DNA from: an uncultured Actinomycetota bacterium
GTDB taxonomy: Bacteria > Actinomycetota > Actinomycetes > Mycobacteriales > Mycobacteriaceae
Assembly (NCBI GenBank): GCA_963815995.1
Contig: CAWFIR010000007.1
Location: 75,064-139,063, forward strand
Reading direction: 5' to 3'
DNA length: 64,000 nucleotides
The position numbers were made by a program, and so were the translations under genes. Position 1 is the stretch's first letter. Each line of letters opens with the position of its first letter. Under the pieces are notes generated by a model, which was given only the letters and a program-made list of their open reading frames with translations, was not told the origin of the DNA and made no database searches. Positions 1 through 10,134 of this stretch are shown here, one piece after another.

Positions 1-2
1 AG

Positions 3-779
3 GCACTGAGCGGGTTGGGCGACAAGTTCGGGCAGTCGATCATCAACGGCAGTGCTGCGCTCGACGAAGTCAATCCGCGGATGCCGATCATCCGTCACGA
101 CATTCAGCAGTTGGCCGCCTTGGGTGACACCTACGCTGACGCTTCACCCGACCTGTTCAACTTCCTGAACAACGGGGCGACAACGGCGCACACGATCCAC
201 GCGCAGGAGAAGGACCTGGATCGGGCGTTGCTGGCCGCCGCCGGATTCGGCGCCACCGGGGCCGACATCTTCAACCGCGGCGGGCCGTATCTCGCGCGCG
301 GGGCCAAGGACTTGGTGCCCTCCGCGCAGCTGCTGGACACCTACAGCCCCGAGCTGTTCTGCGCCGTCCGTAACCTGCACGATGGCGAACCGAAGGTAGC
401 CGCGTTTGCCGGTGGCGCCAACGGCTATTCGCTGCGCTCCGAGACCGAAATATTCTCCGGACTGGGGCTGGCCCTGGGACTGCCCGGGCTCGGCATGACC
501 ATCGCCACGCAGGGGCTTCTCGGGCTGGCCGGCCTGGTCGGTGGTGCGCCGAACCCGTACGTCTATCCGGAGAACCTGCCGCGGATTAACGCGCACGGGG
601 GGCCGGGCGGTGCGCCGGGCTGCTGGCAGACCATCACCCGTGATCTGTGGCCCGCACCCACTCTGGTGATGGACACCGGCAACAGCCTTGCTCCGTACAA
701 CCATGTCGACACCGGCTCGCCGTACGCCGTTGAGTACGTTTGGGGCCGCCAAATGGGGGATCAGACGATCAATCCATGA
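3..779 (+). CDS. mce1A: MCE family protein Mce1A, C-terminal part (5' end outside window)
   Basis: Frame is open from the window edge. The C-terminus PYVYPENLPRINAHGGPGGAPGCW...YVWGRQMGDQTINP is typical of MceA. The stop overlaps the next start (ATGA). Confidence 0.92.
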   Translation, partial: ALSGLGDKFGQSIINGSAALDEVNPRMPIIRHDIQQLAALGDTYADASPDLFNFLNNGATTAHTIHAQEKDLDRALLAAAGFGATGADIFNRGGPYLARGAKDLVPSAQLLDTYSPELFCAVRNLHDGEPKVAAFAGGANGYSLRSETEIFSGLGLALGLPGLGMTIATQGLLGLAGLVGGAPNPYVYPENLPRINAHGGPGGAPGCWQTITRDLWPAPTLVMDTGNSLAPYNHVDTGSPYAVEYVWGRQMGDQTINP

Positions 780-1816
780 AAATCACCGGAACCGTCGTCA
801 GGCTCGGCATCGTCGCCACGGTGCTGTTGCTCTTCACCGCGCTCATCGTCGTGGTGTTCGGTCAGATGCGCTTCGACCGGACCACCAGTTACGCCGCCGA
901 GTTCAACAACGTCAGCGGGCTGCGCTCCGGCCAGTTCGTCCGGGCATCCGGGGTGGAGATCGGCAAGGTCAAAGACATCAAGCTGGTTGACGGCGGCCAT
1001 CGGGTGCGGGTCGAGTTCAACGTCGACCACTCGGTGCCGCTGTATCAGTCCACTACCGCGCAGGTCCGCTACCTCAACCTGATCGGGGACCGTTATCTCG
1101 AGCTCAAGCGTGGCGAGGGCGAGGGTTCAGACCGGGCGCTTCCGGCCGGCGGGTTCATCCCGTTGTCGCACACGCAGCCCGCGCTGGATCTGGACGCGCT
1201 GATCGGCGGTTTCAAGCCGCTGTTCCGGGCGTTGGACCCGGAGAAGGTCAACAACATCGCGACGGCCATCATCACCGTCTTCCAGGGGCAAGGCGGCACG
1301 ATCAACGACATCCTCGACCAGACGGCGCAACTGACCTCCCACATCGCCGAGCGTGACGAGGCGATCGGCGAGGTGGTCAAGAACCTCAACATCGTGCTGG
1401 ACACCACGGTCAAGCACCGCAAGGACTTTGACGAGACCGTCGACAACTTCGAGCAGCTGATCAGCGGTCTGAACAACCACGCCGACTCGTTGGCGGCCGG
1501 CATCGCGAACATCAGCAACGGCGCCGGTACGGTGGCCGAGCTGCTCGCCGACAACCGGCAGCTGCTGCACAAGACGCTGAACTACCTCGAGCCCATTCAG
1601 CAAGGAATCGTCGACCAGAAAGACCTCTACGACGACCAGATCCACCGGACACCGATCGGGATGAACATCGTCGGCAATGCCGTCGGTAATTACGGTGACT
1701 GGGTCAACTTCTACCTGTGCGACCTCACCTTGAAGACCAATGGGCTGCAGGCCGGTGGACCGGTCCGCACGGTCCGCGTCTGGTCGCAGCCGACGGGTAG
1801 GTGTACGCCGCAATGA
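776..1816 (+). CDS. mce1B: MCE family protein Mce1B
   Basis: N-terminal TM helix (MKITGTVVRLGI), MCE domain (SGLRSGQFVRASGVEIGKV), C-terminal TGRCTPQ; ATGA overlap with mce1A. Confidence 0.93.
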   Translation: MKITGTVVRLGIVATVLLLFTALIVVVFGQMRFDRTTSYAAEFNNVSGLRSGQFVRASGVEIGKVKDIKLVDGGHRVRVEFNVDHSVPLYQSTTAQVRYLNLIGDRYLELKRGEGEGSDRALPAGGFIPLSHTQPALDLDALIGGFKPLFRALDPEKVNNIATAIITVFQGQGGTINDILDQTAQLTSHIAERDEAIGEVVKNLNIVLDTTVKHRKDFDETVDNFEQLISGLNNHADSLAAGIANISNGAGTVAELLADNRQLLHKTLNYLEPIQQGIVDQKDLYDDQIHRTPIGMNIVGNAVGNYGDWVNFYLCDLTLKTNGLQAGGPVRTVRVWSQPTGRCTPQ

Positions 1817-3396
1817 GAACGCTGGAACCCGCTAACCGGAAGCGGATCGGCCTGATGGGCCTGATCGTGACGGTCATGGTGGTCGGGGTCGGCCAGACCC
1901 TGACCAGCATCCCGATGCTGTTCGCCCAGCCCAGTTACTTCGGGCAGTTCACCGACTCGGGGCAGCTGAACAAAGGTGACAAGGTCCGGATCGCCGGCGT
2001 GGACGTCGGCGAAGTCGAGTCCATCAAGATCGACGGCGACCACGTCGTGATGAAGTTCTCGACCGGAAGCGACACCATCGGCACCGAGAGCCGGCTGGCG
2101 ATCAAGACCGACACCATCCTCGGTAAGAAGGTGCTCGAGATCGAGCCGCGGGGGACCCAAACGTTGCGGCCCGGTGGAATGCTGCCGGTCGGTCAGAGCA
2201 CCACGCCGTACCAGATTTACGACGCCTTCTTCGACGTCACCAAGGCCGCTGCCGGCTGGAACATCGACACCGTCAAGCAGTCGCTGAATGTGCTGTCGGA
2301 GACCATCGATCAGACATACCCACACCTGAGTGCGGCACTGGACGGGGTGGCGAAGTTCTCCGACACGATCGGCAAGCGCGACGAACAGATCACCCATCTG
2401 CTCGCGCAGGCCAACCAGATCGCCACCATCCTGGGCGACCGGAGCCAGCAGGTCGACCGGCTGTTCGTCAACTCCAACAACCTGCTCGCCGCGTTCAACG
2501 AGCGCAGCCGGGCGGTCAGCGCGCTGCTGAGCAATGTCTCCGCGTTCTCGGCCCAGGTGGAAAACCTGATCAACGACAACCCGAACCTGAACCATGTCTT
2601 GGAGCAGCTGCGCACCGTGAGCGATCTGTTGGAGAAGCGCAAGGACGACCTGGCGCTGACGCTCAAGACCTTCGGCAAAACCGTTGCGGGCCTTAATGAA
2701 ACCGTCGCCTCCGGGCCGTATTTCAAAGTCCAGCTGACCAACCTGCTGCCGCCCTGGATCCTGCAGCCCTGGGTCGACGCCGCCTTCAAGAAGCGCGGGA
2801 TCGACCCCGAGGACTTCTGGCGCAGCGCCGGACTGCCGGCGGCCAAGTTCCCCGACCCCAACGGCACCCGGTTCCCCAACGGTGCTCCGCCGCCCGCACC
2901 GACGATTCTCGAAGGCACCCCGGATCACCCGTATCCGGCAGTGGCACCAGGGTCGCCATGCTCCTACGCGCCGCCGCCGGAGCTGCTGCCGCGGCCGGGC
3001 AACCCGATGCCGTGTGCCGGCGTCAACCAGGACCAGGGTCCGTTCGGGCCCAACGGTCCCTACCCGGCATCGCCCGACATCGCGTCGTCGCCGCCGAACC
3101 CCAACGGGCTCCCCCCGACTCCCGGGATTCCGATCGCCGGCCGGCCGGGGCAGGTCCAACCGGATGTGCCCGGCACACCTGTGCCGATCGCGCCCGGGCC
3201 GCCCGGGGGGCGGACCGAGCCGCTGGGACCGTTGCCGGGCCCCGCTCCGGCGAACCCCGCGGCTGCGCCACCACCAGGACCGGTGCCACCCGGACCACCG
3301 GCGCCCCCGGGACCGGGCAACAACCTGCCGGCGCCGTACATCGGCAACACGGGTGGAGCGGGCGGAAGCGGCGCGCAAGGAGGTAGCCAGAATTGA
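1813..3396 (+). CDS. mce1C: MCE family protein Mce1C
   Basis: MRTLEPANR start, MCE domain (GDKVRIAGVDVGEV), Pro-rich tail; third mce gene, translationally coupled. Confidence 0.93.
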   Translation: MRTLEPANRKRIGLMGLIVTVMVVGVGQTLTSIPMLFAQPSYFGQFTDSGQLNKGDKVRIAGVDVGEVESIKIDGDHVVMKFSTGSDTIGTESRLAIKTDTILGKKVLEIEPRGTQTLRPGGMLPVGQSTTPYQIYDAFFDVTKAAAGWNIDTVKQSLNVLSETIDQTYPHLSAALDGVAKFSDTIGKRDEQITHLLAQANQIATILGDRSQQVDRLFVNSNNLLAAFNERSRAVSALLSNVSAFSAQVENLINDNPNLNHVLEQLRTVSDLLEKRKDDLALTLKTFGKTVAGLNETVASGPYFKVQLTNLLPPWILQPWVDAAFKKRGIDPEDFWRSAGLPAAKFPDPNGTRFPNGAPPPAPTILEGTPDHPYPAVAPGSPCSYAPPPELLPRPGNPMPCAGVNQDQGPFGPNGPYPASPDIASSPPNPNGLPPTPGIPIAGRPGQVQPDVPGTPVPIAPGPPGGRTEPLGPLPGPAPANPAAAPPPGPVPPGPPAPPGPGNNLPAPYIGNTGGAGGSGAQGGSQN

Positions 3397-5042
3397 GCAC
3401 CGTCTTTGACTTCCGCAACCTCCGGCTGCCGAAGCTGTCGCGAGCCTCGATAGTCATCGGCGCGCTCGCGATCGTCGCGGCGCTCGTGCTGGGCTTCCTC
3501 GGCATTCAGCTGTACAAGAAGCTGACCAACAACACTGTCGTTGCCTACTTCCCGGTCGCCAACGCCCTCTACAGCGGCGACAGGGTCGAGATCATGGGCG
3601 TGAAGGTGGGCGCGATCGACAAGATCGAGCCGGCCGGCGACAAGATGAAGATCACCTTCCACTACTCCAACAAGTACAAGGTGCCCGCGGATGCGCAGGC
3701 GGTGATCCTCAACCCGACGCTGGTGGCGTCGCGGCTGATCCAGCTCGAGCCGCCGTATAAGGGCGGCCCGGTGTTGGCCGACAACGCGGTGATCCCCGAG
3801 GAGCGCACCCAGGTGCCCACCGAGTGGGACGAGCTGCGCAACACCATCACCAACGTCATCTCCAAACTGGGTCCCACCAAGCAGCAGCCCAAGGGGCCGT
3901 TCGGTGACGTCATCGAGGCCTACGCCAACGGTCTGGCCGGCAAGGGCAAGCAGATCAACACCACCTTCAACGACCTGTCGCGGGCGCTGACCGCGCTCAA
4001 CCAGGGCCGGGGTGACTTCTTCGCGGTGGTGCGCAGCCTCGCGCTGTTCGTCAACGCGTTGCACGCCGACGACCAGAAGTTCGTGGCGCTCAACAAGAAC
4101 CTGGCCCAGTTCACCAACAGCCTGACCGGCTCCGATCAGGATCTGGCCAACGCCGTCACCCAGTTCGACGGACTCCTGACGACGGTGCGACCGTTCCTCG
4201 ACAAGAACGCCGACGTGCTCACGCACGACATCAACAACCTCGCCGACACGACCAATACTCTGGTCCAGCCCGAACCGCTGAACGGTCTGGAAACCGGCCT
4301 GCACATCCTGCCGACGGCGCTGGCGAACGCGAACCTCATTTACCACCCGGCGCACAGCGCCATCGTGGGTCAGCCGGCGGGTGTGCTCGGTACGCAGGGC
4401 TTCGCGAACCCGATGGAATTCATCTGCAGCGCGATCCAGGCCGGAAGCCGGCTGGGCTATCAGGAATCCGCCGAACTCTGCGCGCAGTACCTCGCGCCGA
4501 TCCTCGACGCGATCAAGTTCAACTACCCGCCGTTCGGCCTCAACCTGTTCAGCCTCGCCGCGACGCTGCCGAAGGAAGTGGCGTACTCCGAGAACCGGCT
4601 GCATCCGCCGAACGGCTATAAGGACACCACCGTGCCGGGTATCTGGGTGCCTGACACACCCACGTCGCACCGCAACACTCAGCACGGCTGGATCACCGCG
4701 CCCGGCATGCAAGGCGTCAAGGTGGGGCCGATTACCGCCGGGCTGTTGACCCCCGAATCACTCGGCGAGCTGATGGGCGGGCCGGACATCGCGCCGGTGC
4801 AATCCACCTACCAGACCCCGCCGGGGTACCCGAACGCCTACAACGAAGAGCCCGGACCGGCGCCCTTCATCGGCGTGCCGGGGAATCCCGCCCCGATCGC
4901 GCCGCCGCCGCCGGGACCCGAGGTGATCCCCGGTCCCGTCGCACCGACGCCGGCGCCCGGACCGTCGCCGCTGGCGGGGCAGGCACCCGCCGGGCCCGCA
5001 CTGCCCGCTGAGGCGGCATCCGCACCAGGAGGCGGCCAATGA
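3393..5042 (+). CDS. mce1D: MCE family protein Mce1D
   Basis: TTG start MSTVFDFRNLRLPKLSR, MCE domain (GDRVEIMGVKVGAI), Pro-rich tail. Confidence 0.93.
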   Translation: MSTVFDFRNLRLPKLSRASIVIGALAIVAALVLGFLGIQLYKKLTNNTVVAYFPVANALYSGDRVEIMGVKVGAIDKIEPAGDKMKITFHYSNKYKVPADAQAVILNPTLVASRLIQLEPPYKGGPVLADNAVIPEERTQVPTEWDELRNTITNVISKLGPTKQQPKGPFGDVIEAYANGLAGKGKQINTTFNDLSRALTALNQGRGDFFAVVRSLALFVNALHADDQKFVALNKNLAQFTNSLTGSDQDLANAVTQFDGLLTTVRPFLDKNADVLTHDINNLADTTNTLVQPEPLNGLETGLHILPTALANANLIYHPAHSAIVGQPAGVLGTQGFANPMEFICSAIQAGSRLGYQESAELCAQYLAPILDAIKFNYPPFGLNLFSLAATLPKEVAYSENRLHPPNGYKDTTVPGIWVPDTPTSHRNTQHGWITAPGMQGVKVGPITAGLLTPESLGELMGGPDIAPVQSTYQTPPGYPNAYNEEPGPAPFIGVPGNPAPIAPPPPGPEVIPGPVAPTPAPGPSPLAGQAPAGPALPAEAASAPGGGQ

Positions 5043-6211
5043 GGCGCGTGACGATGAGCCAACTCCGCCACCGGACCTGGCAGGGCCTGGTGTTTGCGGT
5101 GGCCGCCATGGTGCTCAGCTCCTGCGGCTGGCGCGGCATCTCGAACGTCGAGCTACCCGGTGGGCCGGGCAGCGGAGGCGGCTCCTACACGGTGTACGTG
5201 CAGATGCCCGACACCCTGGCGATCAACGGCAACAGCAAGGTCATGGTTGCCGATGTCTTCGTCGGGTCCATCCGCAATATCGAGCTGAAGAACTGGGTGG
5301 CCACCCTGACGCTGGGCTTGGACAAGAACGTCAAGCTGCCGAAGAACGCCACCGCCAAGATCGGTCAGACCAGCCTGCTGGGTTCTCAGCACATCGAGTT
5401 GGCCGCGCCGGCCGACCCGTCGCAGCAGATGCTGCGCAACGGCGACACCATCCCGCTGAAGAACTCGTCGGCCTACCCCAGCACCGAACAGACGCTGGCC
5501 AGCCTGGCGATGGTGGTGCGTGGCGGAGGACTGCCGAACCTCGAGGTCCTGCAGAACGAGGTCAACAACATCCTGACCGGCCGGGGGCCGCAGATCCGCG
5601 CGTTCCTGGGCAAACTGGACACGTTCACCCGGCGGCTCAACGAGCAGCGTGACGACATCACGCACGCCATCGACTCCACCAACCGGCTGCTGGCCTACGT
5701 GGGTACCCGCTCGGCGACTCTGGATCGGGCATTGACCGAATTCCCGCCGCTGATCAAGTATTTCGCGGACAAGACTTACCAGCAGCACTTGATCGACGCG
5801 GTCGAGAATGTGGGCCAGCTCAGCCAGGCCACCGCCCAGTACCTGGGTGAGGCGCGGGGACCGCTGCATCAGGACCTGCAGCTGCTGCAATGCCCGTTGA
5901 AGGAACTGGGCCGTGCCTCGCCGTACCTGCTGGGTGCGCTGAAGCTGATCTTCACCGCGCCGTTCGACCTCGACACCGCTCCGAAGCTGATCCGCGGTGA
6001 CTTCATGAACTCGTCGCTCGAGGTCGACACGACGCTGTCGGCGGTCGACAACGCATTCCTTACCGGAACCGGGTTCTCCGGCGCGCTGCGCGCACTGGAG
6101 CAGTCCTACGGCCGCGACCCGGCGACGATGATTCCCGACGTGCGCTACACGCCGAACCCGAACGACGCGCCCGGTGGGCCACTGGTGGAGAGGGCGGACC
6201 GGCAATGCTGA
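5039..6211 (+). CDS. lprK: MCE family lipoprotein Mce1E/LprK
   Basis: Lipobox LSSC followed by GWRGISNVELPGGPG; MCE domain; fifth mce gene. Confidence 0.92.
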   Translation: MRRVTMSQLRHRTWQGLVFAVAAMVLSSCGWRGISNVELPGGPGSGGGSYTVYVQMPDTLAINGNSKVMVADVFVGSIRNIELKNWVATLTLGLDKNVKLPKNATAKIGQTSLLGSQHIELAAPADPSQQMLRNGDTIPLKNSSAYPSTEQTLASLAMVVRGGGLPNLEVLQNEVNNILTGRGPQIRAFLGKLDTFTRRLNEQRDDITHAIDSTNRLLAYVGTRSATLDRALTEFPPLIKYFADKTYQQHLIDAVENVGQLSQATAQYLGEARGPLHQDLQLLQCPLKELGRASPYLLGALKLIFTAPFDLDTAPKLIRGDFMNSSLEVDTTLSAVDNAFLTGTGFSGALRALEQSYGRDPATMIPDVRYTPNPNDAPGGPLVERADRQC

Positions 6212-7770
6212 CACGTTTCATCAAGCGCCAGCTGGTCATCTTCAGCATCCTGACCGCGGTGGCGCTGCTGGTGCTGGGCTGGTACTACCTGCGCATTCCG
6301 TCGCTGGTTGGTATCGGCCAGTACGACCTCAAGGCCGAATTGCCGGCCTCCGGCGGTTTGTACCCGACAGCCAACGTGACCTACCGAGGCATCACCATCG
6401 GCAAGGTGACCGCCGTCGAGCCCACTCAGAAGGGCGCCGAGGCGACGATGAGCATCGACAGCCAGTACAAGATCCCGCTCGACGCGGCGGCCAACGTGCA
6501 CTCGGTGTCGGCGGTCGGTGAGCAGTACCTCGACCTGGTGTCGCAGGGCAAGGCGCACGGGTTCTTCCAACCCGGGCAGACGATGACCAACGGCACCGTG
6601 CCCAGTGAAATCGGGCCGGCTCTGGACACCGCCAACCGAGGGTTGACGGTGCTGCCGAAGGACAAGATCGGCCAATTGCTGGACGAGACCGCGGAATCGG
6701 TCGGTGGGCTGGGTCCGGCGTTGCAGCGACTGGTCGACTCCACCCAGGCGATCGTCGGCGACTTCAAAACGAACATCAACCAGGTCGACGACATCATCCA
6801 GAATTCGGCGCCGATCTTGGACAGCCAGGCCACGTCGCGCAGCGCGATCGAGCGGTGGGCGCACAACCTCAACATCTTGGGTGGCGAGGCCGCCCAGACC
6901 GACTCGCATCTGAAAAGCGTGCTGTCCCAAGCGGCTCCGACCGCCGATCAGATCAACTCGGTGTTCAGCGATGTCCGCGAATCGCTACCGCAGACCCTGG
7001 CGAACACCGAGATCGTGTTCGACATGCTCAAGCGTTACCACCCCGGCGTCGAGCAGTTGCTGGTGTTCCTGCCGCAGCTCGGGTCGATCGTGCAGGCGAT
7101 CTCGGCGCCGTACGAGAAAGACCGGATGGCCGCACTGGATCTCTCGCTGGCGATCAACTACCCGCCGCCGTGTTTGACCGGATTCCTCCCGGCGCCTGAA
7201 TGGCGTGCGCCGGCGGACACGTCCATCGCGCCGCTGCGGGAGAACAACTACTGCCGGATTCCGCAGGACTTCCAAGCCAACGTGGTCCGCGGTGCACGCA
7301 ACATGCCGTGCATGGATGTGCCGGGCAAACGCGCGCCGACTCCGATGGAGTGCCGCAGCAACCAGCCTTACGTGCCGCTGGGTACCAACCCGTGGTTCGG
7401 TGACCCCAATCAGATCCTGAACTGCCCGGCCCCCGGGGCGCGCTGCAACCAGGCGGTGAAACCGGGTTTTGTGATACCTGCGCCGTCGGTCAACAACGGG
7501 CTGAACCCGCTGCCGGCCGACCGGTTACCGCCGGGTGGCTTGACGCCGCCGCCGAAGAGCGATCCGTTGCAGCGGCCGGGCTCAGGAACGGTCCAGTGCA
7601 ACGGTCAACAACCCAACCCCTGCATCTACACTCCGGGAGGCCCTCCGGCGGCCGTCTATAGTCCGATGAGTGGCGAGGTAGCGGGCCCCGACGGTTCTAA
7701 ATACTCCGTCAACAACTCACGCACTACAGGAGATGACGGATGGAAGGAGATGCTGGCGCCAGCCGGCTGA
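6205..7770 (+). CDS. mce1F: MCE family protein Mce1F
   Basis: MLTRFIKRQL start, SGGLYPTANVTYRG MCE motif, Cys-rich C-terminus ending GDDGWKEMLAPAG. Confidence 0.93.
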   Translation: MLTRFIKRQLVIFSILTAVALLVLGWYYLRIPSLVGIGQYDLKAELPASGGLYPTANVTYRGITIGKVTAVEPTQKGAEATMSIDSQYKIPLDAAANVHSVSAVGEQYLDLVSQGKAHGFFQPGQTMTNGTVPSEIGPALDTANRGLTVLPKDKIGQLLDETAESVGGLGPALQRLVDSTQAIVGDFKTNINQVDDIIQNSAPILDSQATSRSAIERWAHNLNILGGEAAQTDSHLKSVLSQAAPTADQINSVFSDVRESLPQTLANTEIVFDMLKRYHPGVEQLLVFLPQLGSIVQAISAPYEKDRMAALDLSLAINYPPPCLTGFLPAPEWRAPADTSIAPLRENNYCRIPQDFQANVVRGARNMPCMDVPGKRAPTPMECRSNQPYVPLGTNPWFGDPNQILNCPAPGARCNQAVKPGFVIPAPSVNNGLNPLPADRLPPGGLTPPPKSDPLQRPGSGTVQCNGQQPNPCIYTPGGPPAAVYSPMSGEVAGPDGSKYSVNNSRTTGDDGWKEMLAPAG

Positions 7771-8510
7771 CCCCGATCGACACGGATGATTCGTCGCTTG
7801 CCCCGGTGACGGTCGAGGATTCGCCAGAATCCGAGCCCGGATCCGACCAGACCAGCACTGCGGATGCGGCAGCCGACGAGACCATCTCTGCGGACGCTGC
7901 CGAGGATTCGCTGGAATCCGAGGACTCGGGCGAGCACGAGATCACCGAGTCGGACGCCGAGCACCTAGCGGAATCGGCGAGCGCTGAGGCAACGGACGAT
8001 CCGGGTGGCCCATCGCGGCTGGGCCGCACCTGGTTCATCGGAATCGCGGCCGCCCTTGTCGTGCTCGCCGGGGGTGTCGGCGCCGGCGGTTACCTGGCGC
8101 TGCGCTCGCACCTCGACAGCCGTACCACCGCGCGACACGATGCGGAAGCGGCGGAAGCCGCGAAGGACTGCGTCGGAGCCACCCAGGCGCCCGACATCGG
8201 GGCGATGGCCACCAGCGCGCAGAAGATCATCGAGTGCGGCACCGGAGCCTTCCGGTCGCAGGCGATCTTGTACAGCGGGCTGCTCGTCGAGGCCTACCAA
8301 GCCGCCAACGCCCACGTAGAGGTGTCGGATCTGCGTGCGGCGGTAGAGCGCAACAACCCCGACGGGTCCATCGAGATTCTGGTGCCTCTGCGCGTGAAGG
8401 TCTCCAACGCCGAGACGCAGAACCAGGAAGCGGGCTACCGCTTGCGGGTCACGATGGTCAAAGACGAGGGCAAGTACCGAATCTCCAAGCTCGACCAGGT
8501 AGCGAGGTGA
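7740..8510 (+). CDS. mam1A: Mce-associated membrane protein (Rv0175 ortholog)
   Basis: Acidic disordered N-terminus, one TM helix, AAKDCVGATQAPD...KIIECGTG matching recalled Rv0175; follows mce1F. Confidence 0.85.
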   Translation: MEGDAGASRLTPIDTDDSSLAPVTVEDSPESEPGSDQTSTADAAADETISADAAEDSLESEDSGEHEITESDAEHLAESASAEATDDPGGPSRLGRTWFIGIAAALVVLAGGVGAGGYLALRSHLDSRTTARHDAEAAEAAKDCVGATQAPDIGAMATSAQKIIECGTGAFRSQAILYSGLLVEAYQAANAHVEVSDLRAAVERNNPDGSIEILVPLRVKVSNAETQNQEAGYRLRVTMVKDEGKYRISKLDQVAR

Positions 8511-9532
8511 CGGTGCTGGTCGAGGAGACCGACGCGGCACCGGCAGTTGAAGAATCAGCGCCGAATGAGTTGGCGGGCTGGCACATTCGCGCCGCCGCTT
8601 TCGCTGTCGACGTATTGCCGGGTGTCGCCGTTGTGGCGACGGCGGCACTGGTCTGGTTGGCGGCGCCGCCGCAGAGCTTGTGGTGGTGGGTGTCGATATC
8701 GGTCCTCGTCGGCGCGGCCCTGGTGACGATGGTCGACCGGGCGATACTTCCGGCGATCCTCGGCTGGAGCCTGGGGCGGGCACTTCTCGGGCTCGAAGTC
8801 GTGCGGCCGGACGGGGCCGCCGTCGGGGTCGGCCAGCTGATGTTGCGGGAACTCGCCCATCTGCTGGACACCCTCTCGGTGTGCGTCGGATGGCTGTGGC
8901 CGCTGTGGGATTCACGCAAGCGCACCTTCGCCGATCTGCTGCTGCGGACCGAAGTGCACTGTGTGGCGACCGATCGGCGTCCGGCAGACATCCGGCGGCA
9001 TGCCGCGATCGCCGTCGGGGTAGCCGTGCTGCTCTGTGTCGGCGCCGCCGCGGTGAGCGTCTTCGCGATCTACCTGCCCGGCCGGGCAGCCGAACAGACC
9101 CGCAGCGCGGTCAACGCGCAGGGGCCCAAGATCGTCACCGAGATGCTCACGTACGACCCGAAATCGCTCAAGCAGGACTTCGACCGGGCACGGTCTCTGA
9201 CCACCGATAAATATCGGCCGGAATTGGTCAAGCAGCAGGAGGCGGTGCAAAAGGGTCACCCGGTGATCAACGAATACTGGGTGACCGACAGCACCGTTCT
9301 GTCCGCAGCACGGAACAGCGCCACCATGCTGCTGTTCATGCAGGGCCATCGCGGCGGCGGCGGCGACGGCGACGAACGATTCATCACCGCCACTGTTCGG
9401 GTTTCGCTCGTGAAAGGAAAAGACGGACGCTGGCTTGTCGACAACCTCGACGTCGTCACGAAACCCAAACCGGTGCCGGCCAAGGAACCGACTCCACCCA
9501 AAGGTCCAACTCCACCCAAGGGGCAAAAGTGA
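8507..9532 (+). CDS. mam1B: RDD-domain Mce-associated membrane protein (Rv0176 ortholog)
   Basis: GTG at 8507 overlaps the previous TGA; RDD signature (RAAAFAVD...WPLWDSRKRTFADLL) plus a C-terminal Mam domain. Confidence 0.85.
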   Translation: MTVLVEETDAAPAVEESAPNELAGWHIRAAAFAVDVLPGVAVVATAALVWLAAPPQSLWWWVSISVLVGAALVTMVDRAILPAILGWSLGRALLGLEVVRPDGAAVGVGQLMLRELAHLLDTLSVCVGWLWPLWDSRKRTFADLLLRTEVHCVATDRRPADIRRHAAIAVGVAVLLCVGAAAVSVFAIYLPGRAAEQTRSAVNAQGPKIVTEMLTYDPKSLKQDFDRARSLTTDKYRPELVKQQEAVQKGHPVINEYWVTDSTVLSAARNSATMLLFMQGHRGGGGDGDERFITATVRVSLVKGKDGRWLVDNLDVVTKPKPVPAKEPTPPKGPTPPKGQK

Positions 9533-10134
9533 GCCCCCGCAGGCGAATCCAGCCCGGCGAAGAGCCACTGCTGAAGGTGCCGAAAGCGACCCTGTGGTCG
9601 AGACTGCCGTGGCGACCGAAGTTGCCGGCGCAGTGGTGGAAGCCGTCGCGCAAGTGGGCCCTGCCCTGGGCGGTGGCCGGCGCGACGGTGATGACGGCGG
9701 CCGCCATCGCGACGTCGTCGGTCGTACTGGTCGACCAGCGGTCGCATCACCGGGACACCATGCAAGAAGTCGACGTGCTCGGCTTCGTCAAGGCCTTCAT
9801 GACCGGGTTCACCACGCTGGATCCATTTCACGCCAACGCTTACTATGACCGCGTATTAGCCAACGCGACAGGCGATTTCGCGAAGCAATATCATGACAAG
9901 CACAACGAAATCCTGGTCCAGATCGCTCAGGCCGAACCGACCAAGGGCACCACGCTGGCAGCCGGGGTGGAACGGTGGAACGACGACGGTAGCGCCAGTG
10001 TCATGGTGGCGACCGATGTTTCGATGAAATCCCCCGACGGCAAGCAGAGAATCGATAGCACAAATCGTTGGGTGGTTACTGCTCAGCGGGAAGGCAGCAA
10101 GTGGAAGATCAGCAGCCTGCAACAGGTGATCTGA
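9529..10134 (+). CDS. mam1C: Mce-associated membrane protein (Rv0177 ortholog)
   Basis: MSPRRRI start, single TM helix, DPFHANAYYDRVLANATGDFAKQY motif, WKISSL end. Confidence 0.85.
   Translation: MSPRRRIQPGEEPLLKVPKATLWSRLPWRPKLPAQWWKPSRKWALPWAVAGATVMTAAAIATSSVVLVDQRSHHRDTMQEVDVLGFVKAFMTGFTTLDPFHANAYYDRVLANATGDFAKQYHDKHNEILVQIAQAEPTKGTTLAAGVERWNDDGSASVMVATDVSMKSPDGKQRIDSTNRWVVTAQREGSKWKISSLQQVI

Noticed and set aside
2860-3390. Pro/Gly-rich low-complexity tails in mce1C (similar ones in mce1D, the L,D-transpeptidase and mmpL3)
   Set aside because: These are normal disordered linkers of these families, not repeat elements.
1711-4712. Long antisense or alternate-frame ORFs (e.g. 1711-3378, 3060-4712, also 20121-21947 and 30870-33230)
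   Set aside because: Shadow ORFs expected from high GC3 codon bias; they overlap well-supported genes and show no motifs.
9487-9524. Short tandem duplication encoding PTPPKG twice
   Set aside because: Two-copy coding micro-repeat in a disordered tail; no array structure.
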